Shown here in pieces: positions 1 to 19,044 of a stretch of DNA of 64,000 bases (position 1 is its first letter; each line of letters opens with the position of its first letter). The DNA is taken from positions 8,494,001 to 8,558,000 of the forward strand of contig CATNEN010000029.1 of NCBI GenBank assembly GCA_950097015.1. The letters are read 5' to 3'. The stretch comes from Macrostomum hystrix. Its lineage: Eukaryota > Animalia > Platyhelminthes. Position numbers and translations under genes: made by a program. Below the pieces are notes generated by a model. It ran no database searches. It had not been told where the DNA came from and saw only the letters and a program-made list of their open reading frames with translations.

Positions 1-795
1 ATCCATGCCCTTGGACGCACGCACACCTGCTCGCGCACAGTCCTCGACTGCGTCGCGCAACTCAACCGCTTAGGGACCCACAACAAGGTGTCCCTAAGGT
101 GGATTCCAGGGCACTCTGGCCACCCTGGTAACGAATTGGCCGACAGCCTCGCAAAGGCCGGTTCGACGGGCTCGCTTTTTGGCCCCGTGCCTGCGGTCTC
201 CACCCCTACCGCCGTCGTCAACACTCGGATTAACCAGTGGGTGACCTCAAAGCACAAGGACAGATGGATCAACACCGCCGATTGTCGGCAGTCTCGCGCT
301 GCTGTCCCTTGTCCCTCCACTGCCCTTCGCAAAGCCTTGCTTGGACTGAACCGCAAGGACATCAGGGCAGTCACCATGGCCCTCTCTGGCCATGGCTGTT
401 TCGCCAGGCACCGCTTCCTGCAAGGCAAAATCCGCAGTGAGGAATGCCCCTTCTGCCTCTCCTATGTTGAGGATGCAGAGCATTTTATTTGCGACTGCCC
501 CGCCTTCACTCAGGACCGGCTCACCTATCTCGGCCCAAACCCGGATCTCCCCGACGTTTTCAGGCCTGAGAACATCTGCCAGCTCGTCCGATACCTGAGG
601 GCCACCGGGCGAGCAACCCTCCACCTCCTGGACACTCCGGAGGAGGACCGCGCTGCGGACGCCGGCACCACCGGATCCCCCTGCGCGACACCGCAGCTCT
701 AGTTGCCCGTGGTCGCCAGGGGCTAGCGGAATGGGCGGCAACGCCTCCCCGCTGCATCCGGAAGATGCCCCCTGCAGCTAAGTCAGTAAGTCAAG
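1..795 (+). mobile_element. 3' end of a non-LTR retrotransposon (RNase H C-terminus + CCHC zinc knuckle, I/LOA/R1-type), antisense in a TM9SF2 intron
   Basis: Frame open from base 1 to the stop at 702: [17 protein letters not shown]...[25 protein letters not shown] (RNase H motif), then LSGHGCF and [18 protein letters not shown] (zinc knuckle). Followed by a short 3' UTR and a simple tail TAAGTCAGTAAGTCAAG. Confidence 0.9.
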
Positions 796-1682
796 GCATA
801 GCCTGAGGACCAGAAACAGGTTTGGCAGAGCCTGAGGATCAGAAACAGGTTTGGCAGAGCCTGAGGATCAGGAATAGGTTTGGCATAGCCTGAGGATCAG
901 GAACAGGTTTGGCAGAGCCTGAGGATCAGAAACAGGTTTGGCAGAGCCTGAGGATCAGAAACAGGTTTGGCAGAGCCTGAGGATCAGGAATAGGTTTGGC
1001 ATAGCCTGAGGATCAGGAACAGGTTTGGCAGAGCCTGAGGATCAGAAACAGGTTTGGCAGAGCCTGAGGATCAGAAACAGATTTGGCAGAGCCTGAGGAT
1101 CAGAAACAGGTTTGGCATAGCCTGAGGATCAGGAACAGGTTTGGCAGAGCCTGAGGATCAGAAACAGGTTTGGCAGAGTCTGAGAATCAGGAACAGGTTT
1201 GGCAGAGGATCAGAAACAGGTTTGGCAGAGCCTGAGGATCAGGAACAGGTTTGGCAGAGCCTGAGGATCAGGAACAGGTTTGGCAGAGCCTGAGGATCAG
1301 AAACAGGTTTGGCACAGCCTGAGGATCAGAAACAGGTTTGGCAGAGCCTGAGGATCAGAAACAGGTTTGGCAGAGCCTGAGGATCAGAAACAGGTTTGGC
1401 AGAGCCTGAGGATCAGAAACAGGTTTGGCAGAGTCTGAGAATCAGAAACAGGTTTGGCAGAGTCTGAGAATCAGGAACAGGTTTGGCAGAGGATCAGAAA
1501 CAGGTTTGGCAGAGCCTGAGGATCAGAAACAGGTTTGGCAGAGCCTGAGGATCAGAAACAGGTTTGGCAGAGTCTGAGAATCAGGAACAGGTTTGGCAGA
1601 GGATCAGAAACAGGTTTGGCAGCCTGAGGATCAGGAAACAGGTGTGGCATAGCCTGAGGATCAGGAACAGGTGTGGTATAGC
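796..1682. repeat. 29-bp minisatellite (GCCTGAGGATCAGAAACAGGTTTGGCAGA)n, about 30 copies
   Basis: Direct tandem units read from the sequence; lies in the TM9SF2 intron downstream of the exon ending at 1758. Confidence 0.95.
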
Positions 1683-1757
1683 TTGATGATTTGAAATTGT
1701 TCTCTGTCAGCTCTTATAAATGGAATAATTAGAGTTAAATTGCAATAACGAACTCAC

Positions 1758-4700
1758 ATCGGAGCCCCAGATTGAGTTAAGGATGAAGAACAGCTGAATA
1801 AAGATGCAGCCAAATGGCAAGATGCCAGCCCATCAGAATGCCAGGCAGAGGCTTAGTATAGAAGCTCTGGTCCGGGATCTGCCTTGGGATCTGGTTCGTG
1901 CGCACCGGATGCTCCATTGGCGGCTTCTTGAATCCGAAATAAGCGCCAAGGAAGCAGAGCGGCACGGAGACAAGAAACCAGAGCGCTAGGATGGCTACGA
2001 TGGTGCTGAATGGCACAGCAGCCGAGCTGCCCTTAGCCCAAAGCACCAGATTTAGCACAAAGAAGATGACAAACACAAGGCCTGGACAGAGCAGGGCGGT
2101 TAGCAAAACGTGCAGCTTCCAGCGCAGGCCGCCGAACATTTTATAGATGCGAGCGGACACGTAGCCAGCCGGGGTGCCCAGTAGGACGTACAGCACCATA
2201 GCGCAGGTCATCAGGGCGCCGCGATTAGCCGGGCTGAGGAAGCCGAGACAGGCGAAGGCAAGGGTTATTAGCGTCATGCACAGGATCTGGACTCCGTTGC
2301 CTAGGAACACGCTGAGCAGCATGCCCTTGGCCGGCGGACGGAAAACATCGCCGTGCACCAGCTTCCAGCCGAACTCCTCCTGAGCCTCCTCGTGAGCCTC
2401 CTGCTGATTATAGCGAGAAATATCCCGATGCAGGGTGCGCAGCAGAATCATAGCCACCATGCCGCTGAGGAATAGAACAATCACTAGAGAGTTGAGAATG
2501 CTGAACCACTGGATGTTTGAGTGCGGCATGGAGTCCAAGATGTAGTCCCAGCGGGAGCTCCAGCGGATGGTGTTGTCCTGTTTGAACGCCACACTATAGG
2601 TGTAGACAACCTTCAGCGGCTCCGGCAGTTCGTCGCTATTCGCCGCGATGCTCAACGGCGCCGTTGAATCACCACAGCTCGGCAAATTCTCGTCCTTGTG
2701 GTTGAAGCTCTGCACAATGGCCTTCACGGAGATAATGCGACCGCCTGGGCCCGAGATGCCGGCGCCCCAGCTCTCCGATTCGCTACTGTGATAAGAGATC
2801 TGCAGCTGCACGTGATTGAACAGGTACACTTTGTTCGGCGAGTTGAACCTGCGGGTTGCGAACATTAGAGACAATAGCATGTAAATATATTGTAACTATA
2901 TTGCATGTAACTGCATTGCCGCCCAATCAGCTAGACCTTGAGTGTGCTGCCCAATCAGCTAGACCTTGAGTGTGCTGCCCAATCAGCTAGACCTTGAGTG
3001 TGCTGCCCAATCAGCTAGACCTTGAGTGTGCTGCCCAATCAGCTAGACCTTGAGTGTGCTGCCCAATCAGCTAGACCTTGAGTGTGCTGCCCAATCAGCT
3101 AGACCTTGAGTGTGCTGCCCAATCAGCTAGACCTTGAGTGTGCTGCCCAATCAGCTAGACCTTGAGTGTGCTGCCCAATCAGCTAGACCTTGAGTGTGCT
3201 GCCCAATCAGCTAGACCTTGAGTGTGCTGCCCAATCAGCTAGACCTTGAGTGTGCTGCCTAATCAGCTAGACCTTGAGTGTGCTGCCCAGCTAGACCTTG
3301 TCTCAGTATGCAGCCATAAAAGACACACAATACATTACTCTATCAAGTCCTATATAATTCAGTTCAATATCACTGTGACACGGGACCAAGGCAAACTTAA
3401 AAGATGCAGTGCAAAGAGGCAAACCTAGGGCTAGTTGAGCAGGCGTCCCGTCGCTCATTCTTGCTAGTCACATAGCAACCAATGGGAAAGCCCGGTGCGC
3501 AGAAGTGCTGGTCATTCTCAACTGTGTAGCACCAAGTCACAGGCAGGTTATCCGATGATCCAATGGTGCTGGTAATTCAGTATGATGCTGTTCTTTAGAA
3601 ACTGCAGCTTCTGAATGCCGGCTTTATCACCTTGAGCATAGGTCTTGGTGCAGACCGTTTTGCACTGTAACCTCCTCTAGAAAGTTGATTTTGTAGGGGC
3701 TGGGCCGGATTCGTTCACCAAAGACCACCTGGCCGAGGTTCTCTACTGGACTGGATGAATCACTGGGCGCCTCGCAGAAATCAAATCTGGTCAAGTGGAT
3801 GGCGGAATGAGTTATGCTGGTAGATTGAATTTTAACAAAACAAAACTTACTAGCTATGTAATATATAGACTCACCTATCATATTCATATGGCAGCACAGA
3901 TTGTGTTGAATCCAACCGGTTCACAAACAGTGGAATTTGGGACTAAAATGTATTCAACGGGTGTTGCTTCTAGCTTTATTTGAATGTAAGCATAAAAATT
4001 ATCAGATCAAACATCTGAATGGGTTTATATTTTAAATCTGGCCAACTATTCGAAATTGGCAAGATAACTTATACTAGAGATAAAACAAATCGAAGTTTTC
4101 CTAAAAACAATATCAACTATTTAGACATGCTTTTTAAGGCTGAATATGAACACCAAAAAGTAATAACAAAGAAGAAACTTTAAAACTATCATATTTGCTT
4201 AAAACTAATAGTCAAAAGAACTATATTATTAATCAAATAACTGACAAGCAAATAATTATTTAACATCTAACTATTTATCTTGAATGAAATTATAGTTCAT
4301 TATTGTACATCTGAGACGAACATTTTTATATTTTTTTGTTTAGTATCTATCAAGACTTTCAATATTTGGTATGTTTTCAACCCTTCAAATGACCACTTTT
4401 ATGCCCAAATGTGCAACAAGTCCCCTAATTTTACCAAGATGTCTGACAAGCATTAACTATCAGACTTTCAATATCTTTTTAAGTCTAAACCTAACCTGCG
4501 GCACAGTCACATATGTGATCTTTAAAAGACAAAAAGTGTGACAGGCTTGTTGAAAAATGCAAAACACATGTCCCAAAAAATGTCATTTATTCCCATAGGT
4601 TGTTTATCTAACTATGCAACTGATTTAATAATTCAGATTGCTTAAATCTAACCAATTCAAAAGCTTATCTAATATCCCAATATAACTTATAAATCCAATA

Positions 4701-5565
4701 GTTTTATATAGCTTGGCTCCAACATGCACAACCTCAGAGATCATAGCTGAGCATGGAAATTTGTTTGATACATGCTAAATTAAGGAATATAATACTAGAA
4801 GTATCAAAAAATGTAAAAATACATAAATAAGTTCTTTACAGAAAACTGTATTTCATATTTTTTATAAGAATCAACAAACCTAAAATATTTATATTATTAA
4901 CACAAATTCCAATTTAGCTCTAGAAACATACAATACTATACTTTTTTTTCTGAGTTGTAACAAAATGTGACCTAGCCATTTAATTTGTTGCTATGAGTAG
5001 GTGAAGCTAAATTTAGAGTTTAAACTTTAGAAGCATAACCTATCTGCCAATAAATATTACTTGCTTCAAAAGTAATCAAAACTTTCTTTACATTACATTT
5101 GCTCTAATTGCATTTCTATTTTTATTGTTCTCAATAAAATAAATATATATAATTTAAATATAATTTGATAAAATAATGAATTCTGAATAGTAGGGGGCCT
5201 ACAGTCAAACAAAGAGTACTACTATGAATAAAGCAGACATGCATATATGCAAAAGTAAATAGACCAAATCTTTGAAGCAGATTTACTAGATATATTGACA
5301 CAGTACGAAGGTTCATAGTTAAGTAAAACTCTCGATAGCTATTAGTTCATCAAGTTTATAAGAACTGCCATAAAAGCCAAATCAAGAATGTCATATTTTC
5401 GTTTTTTTCAGAATTGAAATTTTCAATACTGTTTCTAGCAACACTTACTTTGCAATTGCTCGCGGCGGAGTTCTTACAATAATTAACAGGCGCCAATCCA
5501 GGCAGATAAAAAGCATTTGACTGTTGAAGTAGTAGTGATAGTACTATCGTTGCAGCAAGCTTCAT
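1758..5565 (-). CDS. TM9SF2: Transmembrane 9 superfamily member 2-like; 3' exons lie beyond the window start; three 1-nt insertions
   Basis: Exons 5565-5449 (signal peptide, [12 protein letters not shown]), 3942-3875 ([19 protein letters not shown]), 3786-3425 ([45 protein letters not shown]) and 2848-1758 ([68 protein letters not shown]). All introns GT-AG. Frame restored only by removing one base at about 3665, 3552 and 1827. Confidence 0.92.
2920..3300. repeat. 28-bp minisatellite (GCCCAATCAGCTAGACCTTGAGTGTGCT)n, about 13 copies
   Basis: Near-perfect tandem units in TM9SF2 intron 3. Confidence 0.95.
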
Positions 5566-7172
5566 GTTTAGCAGCAATAAAAAATGTCGTTCAATTCAAA
5601 ATTTCAGAAAACTTGCTGCCAGCTCGAAACGAGGTTATTGAGTCTATTATAATTGGTCTTTTGATCTTGCTTTTTCAGTTTGTTCTGTTCACCTTCTTAG
5701 ACGACAGCTATTTTGCTATTCGAAACCGATAATCAATATTTAGTAAACATTACGACGATGTGTTTTAAAATAACTGTTTAAAATGCTAACGTTGAAAAAC
5801 ATTAATAAATCAGAAGAAACAACATTCTATTTCCAGAGAAACTGTATTTAAAAATTTTATTTATGCCTGAAAATGCCTTTTAAGTAAGGCTGAGTTTGCA
5901 GAATTTTTTTCAAAACAACTTTTTGTTATCTTTGACAACCTATTCCGGTGAATTAGTAAAAATGTTTAAAATTGCAAGTTAAGCAAACTTCTTGAATTAC
6001 CTCAGTCAGTTAAGGAAGAAAATAATTTTTTAAGCAATGTCAATACCTTCGTATTGTCTATCTATTTAAACAACATATATAGCAAATATTTACGACAATG
6101 CCTAGACATATAAAGTATATAAGCAGCTATGGCAAGAATGTGTTCTTGTGTTAATTTTTCAATTTATTTGCAAGATTTGGAGTTTTTTGGCTCTGCTTTT
6201 TAACCTATAAAAGCAATGTGTTTTACATAAAACACACATAAGTTTCCACGTCTGAAATAGCTGACTTATTGGAACAAATCAGTTTAATGATGAAGCTCTT
6301 ATATTTCAATATAAATTGAATTAGAAAATTGTATTGTGGTTTTATAAGTGTCAGTAACGTAAATATTTACAGATAGAAACAAAATACTCGTAGAAAGACG
6401 AGAACGTACTATAAAAACTATCTATAGAGTTAAATCGTGCATGACTAGTACGAAAGTTGAATTAAATTATCTCTATGTAGAAAGTAAATCTCATGGTGTG
6501 TTATTCAAAGTATATGGATTTAAGCCTTTTAAATTCTCTTATAAAGCTCAAATTCTTTATAAAGTCTCAATTCAAATTAAATAAGCGATTTTTCAGTGCA
6601 CAATCGTATCTTAGGCATTGGCACGAAGCACTATTTTTTTATATCGCAGGATCACAACTGGAGCAAGAGCAAAATAGGTTGGCGCACGATATCACAATTC
6701 AATGTTGTCGAATGGTCGAAGGAATATAATTATGCTTAATCGAAATAAAGGCGTTTATTGGTTATTTTTTAGGCATGCCTATATAAACACTAGGAGTAAT
6801 AAAGACAAGAGCCACAAGACTAGAATAATAACCTCTAGATACGGAACAAAGTGCGACCGGCTGTTTTGATTACATAAAAGCTGAATTTAGAGACACAAAT
6901 TAATTTTTCTGTCTAGAATATGACGACTAGATTGAGACATAAAAAGCCAATCGAGCCAGCTCAATTAAAGCCAAACTTAAATAGCAAAGAGGAAAAAACG
7001 CAAGCTTTAGACTAGAGAATAAGCATGTGGAGTAAAGCCAGGTTTATATAGAGTACAAAAGCCACTGGAATAAAGATAGGGAATAATGAATGGTGTCTTT
7101 TGAAACCATTATCTGAGTAGACAAGATTGATTGTCAGAAAATTGCCAGGAAAAGCGTTTTCAGCCAGATTCT

Positions 7173-15807
<8,635 letters not shown>

Positions 15808-16164
15808 CCCTCTTTAGAGATGTGTGAGCAGAATAAAAGTAATAACTGTATCAGGCAAAATAGAAAGTCAAGCAAAACCTAGTGGTGGAGCTGCACACAC
15901 AAGCTACTAAAAATATAGGCCTGTGTTAAGACAAAAATGGAGCACGTATTAAAATATTGAAGTATTTCGTGATTGAATCGCGCAAGATCAATTACTACAG
16001 GAACTTCAACTTTAGGAGACCTTCTCTGCTTGCGTTATTAACAATAATAACAGCATTCAATCTCGTTAAATAGTTAACGTTCGTCTTGTTCTACTTCATT
16101 CAACAAAGTATATTGTAGATGTTATGATACACAGTTCACATTTTCGTTTACTTGCAAAAAACGA

Positions 16165-16200
16165 ACGACCTATATATCAGAGCCGCTCCTCGATTGGTCA
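16165..16200 (-). promoter_or_regulatory. Candidate CAMK1 core promoter (CCAAT box + TATA-like element)
   Basis: Minus strand GACCAATCGAGGAGCGGCTCTGATATATAGG in a CpG-richer patch about 370 nt upstream of the CAMK1 ATG; motif match only. Confidence 0.3.
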
Positions 16201-17329
16201 GTGTATCACGTATAAAAACTCGCGATAACTCGAAACATCGTTTGAATAATGTATACGAGTTCGAATAATGAAATTAAAAAATAATAACAAACCGTCATTT
16301 TTAGTGATCAACCTTTGGTACACTATTTTGAATATAGCAGGTGATTTTTTGACAGCCTCTATTTTTTCAACTTTGCGATAATATAATTACATTGACAATC
16401 AATAGTGCAGATAAAACATTGCCTCACGGGAATAAACTGTTACCTATGGCCTGATTTACTAGAGGATTTCCTATTAGGAGTAATTATGTGTATTTTGTGG
16501 AGTCCTAAAATTAGTAGTTCAAAGCTTTCTATTTCGGAATATTTTATTTATTTCGAGCTTTGATTTATAATTTCTATATCATCCATATCATCCATCCCAT
16601 CCACCTCTCCAAGACCGACTTTGCTGGTTTTAGTGCTGCTGTTTCGTCAAGGAGCACTTTAATTCATGTCGACAGATGCGTTTAAAGGAAATCCCGAGAA
16701 TTAAATGCCTCGAGAGGTTCAATGCCTGGACAGGAGAAGGCTGGGTGACCACTACAGTCAGCTTAGAGGCAATCGCACTTTGGAGCGGACCATGTGTCAT
16801 TTGGAAAAGAAAGTGCGCGTAACAACCGACCTCGACGACGCACCCGGAGGCCCAGGTGTTGAGGAAGAAAGTCAGTCAAGCAGCTCGGTGTTCAGTGCTA
16901 GGGTGCCGCAGGCGCCCTTTTCGGCCTGGACTCTTCTGAGTGAAGCCGCCCCAAAAAGCAAAACAATGTTCAATAAGAAATAATGCATTAACATCTATAG
17001 CGCTTTTTTGTATAAGCAGTTGATTCTGCCCAAACGAATACAATCTGGCAAGCGGGGCCTAAATTTTCGATTAGCAGAAGACAGAACGCGATCCTTAAAA
17101 AATTTATAAATCCTTAAAAAATGTATAAATTTATGCAAAAATTAATTTGTTTATTTAAAAAAAAATTCATAATAATATAATATTGCAGGTAATAATTGCA
17201 GGACATTTTGGAGCAAGGCAATGAAGCACCGTTGGCTAAAATCTCCAACAACCCCCCTTTGCCACGGGGCAATTAATTCAACGCAATGGCAGGCCATTGC
17301 CTCATGGCCATTGCCACGAAGTGAAATTT

Positions 17330-17590
17330 TAGGCAATGGCACATCATTTGGTGACACTAGAACCGCAGCCAGTGAGGAGGCGGTTCAACTCATTTCGCTG
17401 ACTCGTGAGCACACACGCACATAGATACCGTACACGCTTACACAGGTGCGTACATCGACTTTCTCATCTTCAGGCAGTGTGCAATCCCACAGTGCCTTGA
17501 AAGTTGGCCCTCAAGGGCGTAAATTGCACGACAAGCCCCGAAGGCTTGTTTCGAGAGGCAAACGCCTTAACCGCCCTGCCACGGCGCCTT
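17330..17590 (-). mobile_element. SINE family 1 copy (internally deleted)
   Basis: Reverse complement of GTGTCACCAAATGATGTGCCATTGCC, CTTGTCGTGCAATTTACGCCCTTGAGGGCC and the head GTGGCAGGGCGGTTAAGGCGTTTGCCTCTCG. Confidence 0.85.
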
Positions 17591-17976
17591 AGACTCAACT
17601 TTCAGGCATTTTCAAATTGAGAAAAATACTGGGGGACTCGTAGGCTTTCATTAAAATGCGACGACTCTTAAAATTTTTTTAATTCGAGAACGCGTTGGAA
17701 ACTTATAATTTCATGACCTAGAGGTTGGGAGTTCGAATTCAGTTTCATAGACAAAAAGAAATGGTCTTAAGTTGCTTGGCTGTACTCAGCACAGGCTGAC
17801 AGCATAAGCACTGTGTCTAATAACCTCGTGTATTGAGCTCACGCCTGGCCTGCGCACCTGTTGCTGAGGCGCTATGCTGCTGAAAGCAATCTATTAACCT
17901 TGAAAAAATACACTTAACTAAGATTAGCGAGCTGCTTAGTGAAACAAATGAGTCAGTCAGCTGATCCAGCTGCCAG

Positions 17977-18651
17977 TCAGCCCAGCATGGAGCGGCACTT
18001 CAGCATCACGCCATTCCTGCCCTGTACAAACTGGCCGCAGCTGCACATGCACAGAGGCACAATGTAGCCGAACTTCTTCTCGGTCGGATGTCGCGCCACC
18101 AGACCCGAGTGGTGCCTGAGGTGCTCCGGCGGGCCGTACAGACCCAGTAGGGCCTGCTGGGCCATGCCGGCCCTACCGCCCAAGGCTGGATCAGTCGGCA
18201 GGGGCGCGCTGATCTGCGTCTGGCTGCAGTCGCACTGTAGGCTCCGACAGGCGGACGTCGGGATCGAGAACAGCACGCGGCCAGGCCTTGACATTGTCGA
18301 GCAGTTGCCACCGGCCGGTTGTGCGGGGCCGGACTGCGACGGCGCCTGCCGGCTCGTCTGAGTGTTCGGCCCAGAGCAATTGGTGCCACCGCCGCGGCTG
18401 CCACAGCCCCAGCCGCCGCAGCCAGCTGCGCCCTCCGCTTGACGATGCTGATTGGAGGCGGCAGCCGAAACCCACGACGTCGCGGCAGCCGCCGCGCCTT
18501 GACCAGGAAGCTGGCACGAGCAGCACGATCCGCAAGCGGCCGATTCTTCACGAAGGCGGTTGATTCCACTGCGCCTCTTCTGCTGCTGCGTCTGTTGGCA
18601 GCCTCTGCTGTTGGCGCTGCAGCACTTAGAATGGCAATTCGGTGAGGACAT
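17977..18651 (-). CDS. Intronless Cys/Gly/Ala-rich 224-aa protein of unknown family
   Basis: ATG-to-TGA ORF in a GC-rich island. The C-terminal half (GRVLFSIP..GLYGPPEHLRHHSGLVARHPTEKKFGYIVPLCMCSCGQFVQGRNGVMLKC) has the strong G/C third-position bias seen in neighbouring real exons. No family recognised. Confidence 0.65.
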   Translation of the reverse strand: MSSPNCHSKCCSANSRGCQQTQQQKRRSGINRLREESAACGSCCSCQLPGQGAAAAATSWVSAAASNQHRQAEGAAGCGGWGCGSRGGGTNCSGPNTQTSRQAPSQSGPAQPAGGNCSTMSRPGRVLFSIPTSACRSLQCDCSQTQISAPLPTDPALGGRAGMAQQALLGLYGPPEHLRHHSGLVARHPTEKKFGYIVPLCMCSCGQFVQGRNGVMLKCRSMLG

Positions 18652-19044
18652 TTGCCCCGCCTTTAGTCTAGAAATCTTCTTCCGGTGAGTCCCACCCGCG
18701 ATACGTACCCATGGATGGTGTTAGGCTAAGGCTTAGGAAGCATCTATTTTTGGATTGGCCCATAGAATGTTGGCTTTCCATAGCTTTGTAAGCAAGTAGT
18801 TGTCTCTGTTTTAATTTGCTATATAAAATTCAAGAACTTCAATCAATTCTACTAGTAGTAGTGACCTGGATATAATTCCGCAGTAATTTATTAGCCAATG
18901 GAAATATGATTGGCTTAGAGATGGAAGTAGAAGCTATAATGCTCATAAAAAGCAATACAATACAATACTATTGCAAAGTGGTTTATATTATCTAGCCGCG
19001 TACCTCGATGTGCTCAGATTTAGATAAAGCTTGATTGTGTTGCT

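Noticed and set aside
796-1682. Hammerhead-ribozyme-like core CTGAGGA-TCA-GAAA-C in each 29-bp unit
   Set aside because: Stem II is absent, and I could not build stems I and III around a valid NUH triplet in monomer or dimer form.
18006-18645. Alternative ORFs (187, 114, 108 and 91 aa) overlapping the orphan gene
   Set aside because: They are Arg/Ala/Pro-rich shadow frames of GC-rich DNA; only the 224-aa frame shows coding-type third-position bias.
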